DNA of 63,708 nt, the filler included, from Vezdaea acicularis (taxonomy: Eukaryota): assembly GCA_026025075.1 (NCBI GenBank). It is 4 parts of 4 records of this genome, joined end to end, with 100 filler letters (N's around TTAATTAATTAA, not from the genome) between each part and the next. Parts side by side here need not be neighbours in the genome. Positions count along the whole stretch, not along the records: positions 1 to 19,914 come from JAPEUI010000199.1; 3 more parts are not named here. The stretch is one strand, 5' to 3'. Position 1 is the first letter of the stretch, and the number at the start of each line of letters is the position of its first letter. The position numbers and the translations under genes were made by a program. The notes under the pieces are model-generated. The model was given only the letters and a program-made list of their open reading frames with translations, made no database searches and was not told where the DNA came from. Positions 1 to 12,604 of this stretch are shown in pieces.

Positions 1-747
1 GGCAAAGATGACCGGTTCGACGACAAGCGGGACAAATTCTTCCCTTTCCTGGGCTTCTGGGTATTCCAAATGATCTGGGTTTGGACTGTCTCTCTGCCCG
101 TCACGATTCTCAATTCACCGAACGTCACAAGATTCCCGCAGCCTAAATTTGGCACAGGGAGAGATATCGCCGGCGTTATCCTATATACGATAGGTATTGT
201 TATGGAGACCGTCTCAGATGCACAAAAGTACCGTTTCAGGAGCACGCATAAAGATCGTGCAGACATATGTGATATAGGATTCTTCGCTTGGACAAGGCAT
301 CCGAATTACTTTGGAGAAATCCTCATTCAGTTCTGTGAGTTGTCTGTACCTTCCCGTAGACAACATCTAACAGACTTAGCAATCTTTATGATTGCCGTCT
401 CACCTGCAGCGTACGGCTACGTTACTGGTCCAGCTTACAGGGCGCTATACGCAAGTATTCTTGGCGCATTCTTCTTGACAATCCTTCTCATGTTCGTATC
501 CGGTTTGACCCTGCAGGAACGACCAGGCGCGAAGAAGCGATATGAGAAAGGTATCAATTGGGAGGGCTACGCCCGATACCTCGAACGAACGAGCATTCTG
601 ATTCCTTTCCCGCCTCAGCTCTACGCCCGTCTACCAAAGATAATCAAGCGTACTATTTTTCTTGAGTTCCCGATATATGTGTTTGATCCTGCCAAGCATA
701 CAGACCGTTCTGGGGCCGAAGCAGCTGAAGAGGGTCACGCCAGGTAG
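1..747 (+). CDS. DUF1295 / steroid 5-alpha-reductase-like membrane oxidoreductase, 5'-partial
   Basis: Motifs ETVSDAQKYRF, GFFAWTRHPNYFGEILIQ, YARYLERTSILIP; one 45-nt GT-AG intron 335-379; frame open at window start. Confidence 0.85.
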   Translation, partial: GKDDRFDDKRDKFFPFLGFWVFQMIWVWTVSLPVTILNSPNVTRFPQPKFGTGRDIAGVILYTIGIVMETVSDAQKYRFRSTHKDRADICDIGFFAWTRHPNYFGEILIQFCELSVPSRRQHLTDLAIFMIAVSPAAYGYVTGPAYRALYASILGAFFLTILLMFVSGLTLQERPGAKKRYEKGINWEGYARYLERTSILIPFPPQLYARLPKIIKRTIFLEFPIYVFDPAKHTDRSGAEAAEEGHAR

Positions 748-1670
748 ACTAGTCAAAATGCAGACAACTCAGAGGGAGGAGGGAGTGCATCTTAGCGTGC
801 CCGATTCAGTGGTCGGAGTTGTTTCTGTACAGCGGGGGAAGCAGGGCGTTCGTCAGCCTTGGAGTTTAAAGGAATTTCAGCGTTATGATACCCTAGATTT
901 GGGATGAAAAAATACCAAGACTTTCAAATGTAATTTCAAAATAATCACAAATAGCTTGTGAAGGCGCGTTTTATAGCTGTTCTGATAAATTCTTTACACA
1001 CTTGTGGAAACTTTGATGAGCTTTAGGACGGATAGACTCTTACGGTCCATGTCTTCCTCCCAGTTCATGACTCCGAAAGAGTGACATTAGGCCCTTAGAG
1101 CTACTTGAAAGGGTTTGGCGGTCTTTTAGGCCTCGATTGTTCGGAGACACAGGGGGTGGGGGAACAATGGCCAGGTCGGTTGTAGGCGAAGCGCCACGAT
1201 TCTGCACAGTCTAACCCAATCCGAAGCGGCTCTTCGATAACCTTTCAAGACCGCGTTAACCCAAGCTTTTCTTCAACACGCACCATCCGATAGTGTGAAG
1301 GAGTACATTGGATCAAAGGCAAACCCTTGTACTTCCCTTCGCATCTGCTGTTCACCTGTACACTTACTCTTAATGTAGCTTTAAAGATCTTGCCACCTTG
1401 TTCGTTCGGACATCTTGGATTTTCCTACAGGTAATTGGGATATAACTTCAGTACCTATATCTTCGTTCTACCTCACACTGTCTTGCAATTCTTCTCTCAT
1501 CACCTGACCCAACACTCGGGTTTCATGTGTTGTCCGTCGACGAAATTCCCATCAACGTTGTCGCTGACATCAAGACCCTAGAACACTCATCGAGACACCT
1601 CAACATCACACACGGAAGATTTTGTCGTCATCCTGATTCAATTTGCATACTCATACCCTTAAAATCATTG

Positions 1671-2736
1671 ATGATGGATACTAAAGAGATCCGATCGATC
1701 GCGAAGGCTATTGAGAAGGCTGCTCAGGCTAAAGAACCTCCAAGTGTTTTCATCGATCTCTTTACGAAGTTGAAGGATGAAGTCAAGCCAACTGAGGAAC
1801 TTCTCAGAGTAAGATAACTTTACTATACAAGGGTCCACTGTAGTCTGCTGACATGGAGCACATAGTCTACCAGGATTGGTGTTGTGATAAATAAGCAAAG
1901 ACATCATACGGACAAGGCAGTCAGCAAGTTAGCAATTGAACTCGTCTCGAAATGGAAGAACGATGTCGGGAAAACCGGGAAGGCAAAAGTCTCGTCTAAA
2001 TCTCCTCCAAAGTCCTTAAATGGAGTTGGATCGAGTCCGCCTTTACATGAAAACGAACCGAAAATCACAGTAGCGTTAGCCGACCGCAATTGGACAAGGG
2101 ATAAGGTTGATATTAACCGTACGGGAACGACTGGGCGTGACAAAGCAATTGGGCTTCTGTACAACGCACTTGCTCCGAACGTTTCAAATTGTACGTATAA
2201 CCAGACACCTTGTCACGTTGGTCCTGCATCCCACTAAATCTACTATGCAAAATAGCTCCGACCATTGTCCTCAAACACTCTGTCGATATTGAACGAGCCT
2301 GTGGCTCTAGGTTCGGGCCTGAATCAGATCAATATAAAGCCAAGCTTCGGTCACTCTATCAGAACCTTCGGAATGCCAGGAATCCTACTCTTCGTGAGCG
2401 CGTTCTGTCAGGCGAAATCACTCCAGAAGTCTTCGTTCGAATGACATACGACGAATTGAAGTCACCCGCACGCCGCGAAGAAGACGCAAAGATGGAAGAA
2501 CAGAACATGAACAGCGCCATGGCTGCCCAACCAGAAAAGAGCATCTCCGATCAGCTCGAGTGCGGAAAGTGCAAGCAAAGGAAAGTCAGCTATAGCCAAG
2601 CTCAGACTCGTTCGGCCGATGAACCGATGACCACATTCTGTGAATGTACAGTTTGTGGTAACCGTTGGAAGGTTAGTCTTTCAATTTTGGAGAGGTTTAC
2701 CACAAATGCAACTGACGAAGATCTTAGTACTCTTGA
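1671..2736 (+). CDS. DST1: Transcription elongation factor TFIIS
   Basis: Zn ribbon CGKC...QTRSADEPMTTFCECTVCGNRWK; introns about 1809-1865, 2191-2255, 2672-2727; last exon YS*. Confidence 0.95.
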
Positions 2737-3332
2737 TTGGGTGTTTGCGGTGGAACAAAGCAAACTTTTCCCCGCGAGGTGTGCCAATATACAATCTGGA
2801 CTATCGAACCAAACTGTGTGACCAAGGCTTCTTTTGTGATCAATATTTACAAGTCTTGCGTTGACACCTTGGCAATCATACTCTCGCTTTGCTTTGAGGG
2901 TGGGTCCCTCTTGGAATTGGCTCGTCAGCTGCATTGGGTCGCATCTTGCTGGACCAGGTGGTGGCGTTTGGATGACTTGGCGTTGAAGTGCTACCACAAA
3001 CTTAACTTATAAGAGAGATGGGAGGACTTTGGTATGAAGCGTTATAGAACGCTGATTGAAGATGAGAATTGAGATTAGCTTGCGGCGGTTTCTATGGAAC
3101 TATAGGAACTTCAAGACTAAGCACACAACGTCTCCATAATTGACTGTAGAAATAGCCACTTTAATCAGTGTGCTCGCATTCCTGATTGTTCACCCAACTC
3201 AACATGATGTGCTATTGAAGCTTGGCCTAGGGCATATACGTCACGGCCATGTGCCTAATGTTCTTGTTACATTTGGTTTGTATTCATCATATAACTGGTA
3301 TGCGTGCTAGTGGTATATTACAAAAGGCTTCC

Positions 3333-4920
3333 TTATATAGTTGTCAAAACACTAGCGTTTCGATACCAGCTCAGAAGCGGATTTTCCCCATTTCGAGTCT
3401 GGGTATCTTCTACGTAGGCCCATCGCGACAGGTATTCCTCGTGGGAAAGAACGCGGGTCAACTTGCCAGTCACTGCTGAGTATATGGCTGAAACCTGATC
3501 GAAAGGTGTCGGGAAAAGGATGTCGAAGAACCCCTGTTGGACCTATAAAACTCATCAGCGACAGTGCTGCTCATGCCGTGAGAGGAAGCAAACTTACAAA
3601 CGGGGTTGAAACACAGATGGTCTTCCTTTCATACCTTGTCTGTACCACAGGCGCATTCGTGCCTGCAATGGTGTCCGGAAGCGAATGAAAATCAGCCGCG
3701 AGCAATTTATGAGCCGGAAAGTAGTCTGCTAGGATGTTGAAGAATTGAAGAAGCTTCGTAGGGATGTACTCCGCTTCCGTAAGGTTTGGTGCAAAAGGGG
3801 TAAGCAGTTGGGCTATACGCTTTCGAAGAGGCGGAATTAAGGTCGAGCTATAGCTCCCGTGGCTACAAACTTGAGCTCTTGTTTGCAGATAGCTTGATGC
3901 GAGTGGGTCAAGATTCGGAAGATAAAATTCGTAGAAGTCTCCAGAACTGTCAATGAGCACGTGCCCTTGCAATGGGGCGTTTGAATTCGGGTGGTATCGA
4001 ACGCTGTCGTGAGGAAAATTGTCAAATACTTCTAGTGCAAGGAAAAAGCAAGGTTGAGGTGTGTATGAAGACCAAGAGAAGATTGACTGATTGACAATCT
4101 CAACCTTCCCAGGGTAATTCTGGGACGCCTTTCGTTGCAATTCTGCTAGGGAAGAAGAGATCTCTATAACCTTGTATCTAGTACGCTCGTATATGTCAGG
4201 ATGGTAGACTTGAATGTAATCTAACACATTCTGCATCAGCTCGCCGTTACCCGCTCCCATTTCGTAAATGATTAGATCGTGATAGGGATACTGGGTCAAC
4301 TTGTAGTTTGTGACAAGATATCTAGCTACTGCTTCACCGTAGTATGGGCGAAAGAGTGACGTTGGTGTATGCCATAGTTGCCGTGTCGGATCGTACGCTA
4401 TGGCATCTAGGTTGTCCTCAAAGGTAGTATAGCGATCTCCGAGGGCGCGGTGAAAGGCGGGTTCATCGGATAAGTCATTGAAGTTAAAAGGCTCTCCGGG
4501 GCTGAATATGGTAGCTTGTGTAGAGAAGTAACCATAGTGAGGGTTATATAGACTGTCTATAGCACCCCAGACCATTAACTTGCTGCACTGGGTCAAATAA
4601 TATGGGGGGTTCCGCAAACCTTCAATGAAATCTCTTGTCAACATTTTCACCCTCCTCGGTCTCTCTCGCCGGCTCCGGAGGCTTTTCGCTGTCATCATCG
4701 GGTACTTCTTGAATTCTTCCGACATGTCCCGTGGAAAAAGATCTGATCTTTGCTGCCATTGACTTTCTCTGGACCTGCCCCCTGCTGCTTTTACTTGATA
4801 ACTACGTGCGCCGAGGTGTACGCCACGTGAGTTCCTGGACGGAAGCCGCCTTATAGCTTCACAATAACGGTACAGTGATAGCCTTTGAAACAATTTTGTG
4901 ACTACTGGCGAGTCCATCAT
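3333..4920 (-). CDS. NDUFAF7/MidA-family SAM-dependent methyltransferase (mitochondrial)
   Basis: RDFIEDSLYNPHYGYF after splicing, IYEMGAGNG SAM motif, LEVFDNFPHD; last exon VQQGFFDILFPT...NASVLTTI*. Confidence 0.85.
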
Positions 4921-5088
4921 GCATGGATCAAGCTTCAAGAGCTTGTAGGAGTTTAGACGCAGGTTATAGATCTCAGAACCTGAAGGGACACCGAAGCGAA
5001 TCGCGCCGTCAATCCGAGCTATCACTTCCGTTGCCCCCAAGCACCTTAGCAACTATGTTCACTCTGTTGAATATGACTCTTCAAAAGG

Positions 5089-6625
5089 ATGGAAAATCAT
5101 CCCCAGCTACTGTTGACCGCTGCTTTCCTAACAGGCGTTCTGTTCACGCTTAAATTTAAGGACTTTTACCTCGCTCTGGACCATCTTTCTTGGGGAGGAC
5201 GTACAAGCGAGCGCTCAGCTAATGGCGACGGGGATGAAAGTGGGTTATTCGACGAGACGTTGAGATTGGAAGATGAGACCATCGATCAATATGCTTTTCA
5301 GAGTTCGGCTGGGATCGTAGAGGGTATAGAGGGTACGATTGGAAATACGCCACTCATTCGTATTAAATCCCTTTCAGATGCAACTGGTTGCGAGATATTG
5401 GGAAAGGCGGAGGAAAGTGATATAAAAAAGTTCTCCTTGCTTATGATAAGTTTTGACTATTCTACAGTTTCTCAATGGTGCTGGAGGAAGCCCGAAAGAC
5501 CGAGTGGCTTTGAACATCATAAATCTTGTTCGCGAGACCCTGTTCACCATGCTTCCATACTAGCTAACATACTCGAGGGCTAGGCCGAGGAGAAAGGACT
5601 TTTAAAACCTCAATCCGGGGATACTATTTATGAAGGCACTGTTGGTTCGACTGGTATATCTCTTGCAACTATCTGCAGGGCTCGGGGGTACCATGCTCAT
5701 ATGTAATATTCTCATTCCCCGCACCTGCCTTGGCTCTCTCTGTAATTTCCTTACTTATTCTGATTAGCTGCATGCCGGATGATCAGGCAGTGGAGAAGTC
5801 TTCTTTGTTACTCAAGCTGGGTGCGAGCGTTGACCGTGTCCGACCCGCGTCAATAATCGATACAGAGCAATTTGTGAATCGAGCTCGTACGTTGGCCTCT
5901 ACGCACAGTAAAGATCTTGACAAAGCTGGCCGAGGATATTTCGCGGACCAGTTCGAGACGGAAGCCAACTGGCTTGCGCATTTCAATGGAACAGGGCCTG
6001 AAATATTCCGGCAGACAAGGGGAAGACTTGATGCTTTTGTGGCAGGAGCAGGCACCGGCGGCACCATCTCTGGTGTTGCAAGGTATTTGAAGCCAAGAAT
6101 GCCTGAGATAAAAATCGTTCTCGCGGACCCGCAAGGCAGTGGCCTATATAACAGGGTCAAATACGGAGTGATGTTTGACCCCAAAGAAAGAGAAGGTACG
6201 AGGAGACGACATCAAGTCGACACGATTGTTGAGGGAATTGGGATCAATCGAGTAACAGCAAACTTTGACATTGGTAGAGAGTTTATTGATGATGCAATAA
6301 AAGTCACTGATGAGCAAGCGGAACGCATGGCATGCTGGTTGGCCGAAAAAGACGGAATCTTCATTGGAAGTAGCAGTGCCGTGAATTGTGAGTTGCAAGG
6401 CCTTCCCTGTGGTAACGCTCACTTACGACTCAAGGTACCGCTGCTGTCATTTTGGCTGGAAGGATTGGGCCCGGCCATAGGATCGTAACAATACTTTGTG
6501 ATTCTGGTTCAAGACATTTATCAAAGTTCTGGGCTAAAGCTGGCGATCATAGAAACAGGGCCAGCGAGAGCTTGAGCGAGAGCTTGGGCGACTCAATTTT
6601 GAAGGGGATAAGTAATGCTGAATAA
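5089..6625 (+). CDS. Cysteine synthase-like PLP enzyme with N-terminal membrane anchor
   Basis: [19 protein letters not shown] (PLP lysine), [32 protein letters not shown]; 4 introns (5413-5467 with GA donor, 5528-5583, 5703-5767, 6388-6434). Confidence 0.9.
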
Positions 6626-7053
6626 AAAACAGCCCCTGCCCCTAATATGCCTAGCCAGCATAGAATTCCTTCGCCTTGCAAGACATTATTGGGATCCTTT
6701 AAGACTGACGGCCTTGGCTAAACTTCAGCAAGAGCTCAAATAAGAGGTATCTTTGGATACTTCGTGGAACTTCTGATTACGTATCTGTGATTTACTGGGT
6801 ATATCAAGGCCCACGTTGAAGAAGTCTGAAACATCTGATGATGCACGCGCCAATGCCTTGATGTCATTGCTACAAAACTTTGAAGTCTTACCTTTAATGA
6901 ATTAAGCATTGAATGCGATAAGAGCATACTATCGCCTCACGTAGAATAACAATGCCCTCATACTAGGCTGAATCTGCGCTAGTTCCATGGAGCTTCAAGT
7001 TTTAGTTGTATAGAACACACTCCCGTTGCCGTTTTAAGCTAAAAAGAGTCCCG

Positions 7054-7431
7054 CACCCGGCAAGCAAAAAAGTTGGGACACCAAAAATTAGCGAGCACGC
7101 GGTGAGCAGAAAAGTTGTCACACCAAAAGATTAGCGGGGTATCTTACCAGCAAAATTTTGGGAGAGGGTACTTCGCTTCTATACAAATGCGAGAGAGGCA
7201 CGTGAGACGTAAAGTACCTCGCCACACTGATTTGGTGAGAAGGTACCTCGCTTAGGTTTTGGTGTGTCAACTTTTCTGCTCACCGCGTGGCGAGGTACCT
7301 TCTCGCCAAATCAGTGCGGTGAGGAACTTTACTTCTCTCGCGTGTCTAGAAGCAAGGTACCCTCTCACCCAATTTTGCTGGTAAGATACCTCGCTAATTT
7401 TTGGTGTCCCAACTTTTTTGCTTACCGGGTG
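7054..7431. mobile_element. Outer MITE (about 179 bp when empty), ~45-bp TIRs, 5-bp TSD TCCCG
   Basis: Left end CACCCGGCAAGCAAAAAAGTTGGGACACCAAAAATTAGCGAG matches reverse complement of right end with one mismatch; TCCCG at 7049-7053 and 7432-7436. Confidence 0.9.
7096..7289. mobile_element. Inner nested MITE of same family (194 bp), 5-bp TSD GCGAG, inverted orientation
   Basis: TIR CACGCGGTGAGCAGAAAAGTTG(T/A)CACACCAAAA at both ends; GCGAG at 7091-7095 and 7290-7294; internal sequence is reverse-complement homologous to outer element. Confidence 0.9.
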
Positions 7432-7724
7432 TCCCGTTCTGCCATTGGCGAGACGAACTAGACAAGACGCCCCCATTCGATCCCATGGTTTACCTTTGAT
7501 GTAACATCCCAGGTCTCTCTAAAAGAAAAATTAGCATCTGATTTCTGAGAGCAAGATCCTGATCGGTAAAGCCCATGTAGCGGTGCCGCTTCTATGATCT
7601 CGCAATTCCTAGATTGGAACCAAATGGATCTTGTGTTGCGCTAACGGTGTGAAGGAAGTTTAAATTCCTATAAATCGTTTAGAAAGCTTCTACAAATATG
7701 AGGGTGGAGATCACACGATAAGTG

Positions 7725-9300
7725 ATGTATTGCCAAAAGTGCCGCTCGCCTCTAAGGGTTGATCATTCTCTTGAAGACCTTAATCCTGCCTCGTTCGACT
7801 TGCTCGTTGGTCCGCAGAATCGAACTCGGGTTAATACATTTTGACTGATCACTTCTAGGAGCGACGTACGTGCCTTCTGCACAACAGAACCAGCTATTAT
7901 CCTCTAGAAAGTCCTATCCCCGTGAAAGACAAGAGCTGTACGATCGTGCCTCCCACCATCAGTCTCCAATAACGAGAAGAAGCGTGCTTGCTCCTGGACA
8001 TGGACGTAAAGGCAGCTCCGAGGCGACGCCGTTGCCTCCGAGTACAGTAAGAGAAAACCCTGGAATGTCTTTCATGTTACTCTCAGAATCACAGTGGTCA
8101 CCACCTAAAGAACACAATGAAAAGGAACAGCGTACGGCAAAGGGAGTCTCTCCGAGGGATCTAGACACTGTAAAGGGGGAGGACGCAACGAAATCGTTCT
8201 CCAAGCAGCTCGAAACTACAGCACGACTGTATGAGATTTTATCATCACGCTCAGATATCGACCACCCCATTTGCGTGGAATGTACTGAACTTTTGGTTGA
8301 GGGCCTACAGAAGCGACTTGCTAGTTCCACCCGCGAAAGAGATGCCTATGCCGACTTCTTGAAGAAGCTGAATGCAGAAGTTCCTACTGAAGAAGAAATA
8401 AAGAAAACACAAAAGATTCTGGACAAGACACTAGCAGCGGAGAAGTCCGCTTTCACAAAGCTTGAAGAACTCGAAAGGGAAAAGTCAGAAGTGGACCAAG
8501 CTGTGGCCGCTCTTGAAGAAGAAGCGCGAGCACTCGATCTGGAAGAAGAAACCTTCTGGCGTGAGAGGAACGCTTTTACCCTTATACTCACGGAGTTTCA
8601 AGACGAGCGAGATGGTGTCAATCTCCGTTTCGATCACGACTCGCGACAGCTGGAACGGCTTCAGCGAACCAATGTCTATAATGACACATTTTGCATAGGC
8701 CATGATGGATACTTTGGTACGATCAACTCTTTACGGCTTGGAAGATTGCCAAATCAACCGGTGGATTGGCCTGAGATTAATGCTGCTTGGGGCCAGACGC
8801 TCCTATTACTTTCGACACTTGCGAATAAATTTGGATTTATATTTGAAGGCTACCGTCTCAAACCCATGGGCTCAACTTCTCGTATCGAGAAGATCGATTT
8901 GCCTCAATCATCATCTACTGATCAAACGTCGGCGTTACCTCCAAAGCCAAAGATTATTGAACTAGAGCTCTTCTCCTTTGGCGACTTACCCATAGTCGGA
9001 AGGATGATGCACAGGGCCTTCGACAATGCAATGGTTGCGTTTCTGGATTGTCTTCAGCAGTTAGCGTCTTTTCTCGATCATCGAGCTGTTCGTCTCAACA
9101 TGGGCAACGCTCCGGAAGGATTGAAACTACCCTACGTGATTCGGAATCATAAGATAGGGGATGCGAGTATCAAGCTTGGGTTCAACCAGGATGAAATTTG
9201 GACGAAGGCGTGCAAGTACACTCTTACATGCTGCAAATTTCTACTTGCTCATGCAAGTCATATCGCAGCAAGACAAATGAGACAACCAACCGATCGGTAA
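7725..9300 (+). CDS. ATG6: Beclin-1 / Atg6-Vps30 autophagy protein
   Basis: MYCQKC start, DHPICVECT, coiled coil, TNVYNDTFCIGHDGYFGTIN, WPEINAAWGQ, WTKACKYTL; intron 7810-7858. Confidence 0.95.
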
Positions 9301-9603
9301 AGCATACGGGCGGAGAGCATTAGGGCTTTGACTGAGGCTGTAAAGCAAGCATTGCAGTTTTAGAACTTTGGCGCACTCATTGTCAAATTAGTGAAGTGTA
9401 TCTAGATTCCGCCAAGCAAACTTTCCATGACCATGCTAAAGCGCCATAACATGCCCCCCCTTTTCACCGATGTAATGTAAGATCACGTTAAACTCCCTCC
9501 AAAATGCATATAGCCTCCCAATCAATAAGCAGACCACAGTGCAGCTAAGAGTATTACAGTGTAAGCGATGAAGGTCACCGTTTGGGAAGAGCAACATGGC
9601 CGC

Positions 9604-11475
9604 TTAGTGAGTGTGGCCATGGCTACCATCATCATCCGCCCCAATAGGCGCACAGCATTGCTGAGAAGGTCCGCAGTCATCCATGCAGTCTAGTAGACAT
9701 GGATGTTCCCCGCTGTGCGGGCTCCCTGACCTGCTCGGCTTTTTGCTTCTAATGTTGCACCCCTGATGTCCTATGGACGTGTTGGTTGGAGACTGACTGG
9801 AGTTATCCTTGTTTGTGCCTTCACTGTAGCCATGGGCTGTATCCAAACAAAACTCAGGCTGAATGGTAGACGAATGGATGCCATATGCATGCAGACAGCG
9901 TCGGACCGCACGAGCAAGCTCCATGTACCCTCCAGCACCTTCCCCCTTGAAATCGAAGTCCACCTGAACATGGAGCGATGCAATAAGTTTGGTGTCACTC
10001 AGTTGCCAAACGTGTAAGTGGTGGCAACTAGCAATACCTGGTAGCTGTTCAATGTCTTCCCGAATGTCATCGACGCTGATACCAGCCGGAACGGCCTGGA
10101 GTAGTATTCTCGAGGCTGCCAAGCAGAGAGGTATGGCAGAACCTAAAATAATGACAGTGATTATCAGGGAGATAACAGGGTCTGCGTAAAACCTCCACGA
10201 AAATTGAGTGAGCCAAATGATCAACGCAGATGCGATGACCCCAATGTTGCCCAATGCATCACCCAAGACGTGGATGAAAACGCCACGCATATTGAGATCG
10301 CTGTGAGCATGGCCTTCACTATTTTCCTTTCCACTCGATCCATTGTGTTTGTGACTTACGTGCCAGGAGTCATGTCGGCTTGCCTGGTCGTTCTTCCGCA
10401 ACACCCGGCTACGAAGGGGAGATCGAGGACTGCTATGTTTTCGTAGAAGTGGCGAATTTTCGTTCGTCTCGTCAGGGTTGGTCTCCATGAACGGATCATC
10501 CGGTTCGGAGTCCTCAACAGAGGACTCGATACCATCAAGCCTGCTGGCCTGAATGATCTCATTACGGAAACTTGCCGGATGTATATTGATATTGTCTGCG
10601 CTTGAGAAAAACCTAGAACGTGAACCGCTTGTATGGCGTCGGTGTTTTCGAACTGGCTGAGCTATGGCCGGTTTCTTGCTCAGGATTGATGGTGTGGAAT
10701 CCGCCACAGTAGAGTTATCTTCGTCGACGGCCATGAAGTTGTAACTGCGGGCCTGGGGAGTCAAGTCTCCGTTCGATGTAGATCTAGCTTTTGATTTGTT
10801 CCAAGGTGAATCATCGGAGTTTGATTGCTCGACGCTAGCATCAGCGGAATGTATTTCCGAGAACTTCGAAACACTGGAGTGATTGTGGCCTTCTTCCGCA
10901 GCTACAGTTCCATCGGAAGCCTTAGCTTCACGCGAATGGGCGCCTGCTCCATCATGGCTATGGCTATGATCATGAAACAGGAACAACCCAAGGATGTTCG
11001 ATGCCAACCCGAAGGAGCCTACTATTAGGACGAGTTTCGGATTGGAAACATCTTGTGGTTCGACAAAACGTTGGATTGCCTCGAGAAAGATGGATAAGCA
11101 AAGCGCTACAAGGAAGACACCATTGACCAAAGCCCCTAAGGTTTCTGCTCTTTGCCACTATATTAAGTGTCAGGCCACCGACCAAACAATGTGGAAAGAT
11201 AAAGAAGCTTACACCATATGTGTACTTGGAAGTACTCTTCTGATGAGATATTTTAATTGCCCAGAGTCCAACGCACAAAGAAAGGACATCATTGAGCTGC
11301 ACTTGTCAGCTCCCAATCAATGCTATTACCATGTTAGAGGGCGACTCACCATATGAAAAGAGTCGGCAACGAGAGCTAACGAGTGTACCGCGTAGCCAAC
11401 GATGAGCTCTAGTAAGAAAAAGGTGGTATCAATAGCTAGGAAGATGCACATCTTGGTAGACTTGGAGAGGGCCAT
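9604..11475 (-). CDS. Cation diffusion facilitator zinc transporter (Zrc1/Cot1-like)
   Basis: SLALVADSFHMLNDVLSL, His-rich loops, NMRGVFIHVLGDALGN, HHLHVWQL, GIHSSTIQPEF; two 5' introns. Confidence 0.93.
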
Positions 11476-11897
11476 TTTGACTCGATGACAGCACCCAGGA
11501 ATGGGCGCAGTTCGTATAGGGACCCCAGAGATTGCCGCTATGGACCGCTAAAAGAAGCTCAACTTGTCGTGCAGAAAGATACTATGTAGAGGCGACAAGA
11601 ACGAGAAACTGAGTTGCAAAGAATGAGGGGGTCTGCTTCTATCAGTGCATGGGGTCGTTTATATGAGTGTTACATGCTTGTGTGACGCCACTGGGAAACA
11701 TGAGCTCTGAGGTCACGGGCATCGGAAGTAACTCGGCAAAAAGCTCGCACAGCCATTCTGACAAAGCACACCCTTGAACCAATTTTGTCTTGGTGCAAAA
11801 AAGGACTGCCATTTTACATCTCTCTTAGTTTACCTGTATACTCGTTCGCCCTCAGTCTTATCCTGTTGGTCTTGTGATATTAATGTTTTCACTTACT

Positions 11898-12604
11898 TTA
11901 CAAGTCTATTTTAACGTCAACGACTATTAGCAAGAGGAATATAGCAACTGTGATAAGTAATATGAGGACGCCAATTACAATCAACTCCCAGCCACCAGCG
12001 TGTATCTTCCCTCGCACCATGGAATTTTGTTGCTTCCAGAACCTCCAGCCACCCAATACACTGACAACGATTGCCGACCCTATGCAGACAACTCCGAGTG
12101 GCTTTCCCAACGTGTAGAAACCCATAGTGGAGCCAGGGGAAGGGGGTTGCTGCAGGCGAAATAATTGGGCAATGAGGACCCCGATGATGGATAAAGCTAG
12201 CGAAGTTCTGGCATATCCCAGAAACGTCCTTTCCAATGCTGGAAAAAAATAGAAGATTGGTAAGCTGGCCGACATAAGTGGTTGGAGGGTTTGGTAAAGC
12301 TCCAGATGAATGGTCAATACGTACCAAAATGATCTCGACAATCATCATGTGCTACCGTTATTGTTATGTGGTTTTTCCAGAATTTTTGCAGCCTCCCAGG
12401 ATACGGTTTTGGCGGGCGCGCTGAAGTGGCTTCTCGAGTACCGTGTTCTGTCAGACCTCCATGAGCCTCTGCGCTTGGCTCTTGTTCATACTCTGATAGT
12501 TCTGTTGCCTCTATGTCGTCCCTGTCTCGGATTGAGACTTGGTCCGCTTGGTTAGGAAGAGTTGTGAGAATGGCACCACCGTTTGATTGGTAGGGATCTG
12601 CCAT
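11898..12604 (-). CDS. DUF202 (YidH-like) membrane protein
   Basis: Spliced RDHFALERTFLGYARTSLAL motif plus three hydrophobic helices; one intron about 12240-12323. Confidence 0.85.

Noticed and set aside
335..379. Stop-free in-frame introns (also in the NDUFAF7-like gene, about 4558-4620)
   Set aside because: Expected by chance among short fungal introns; no evidence for regulated retention
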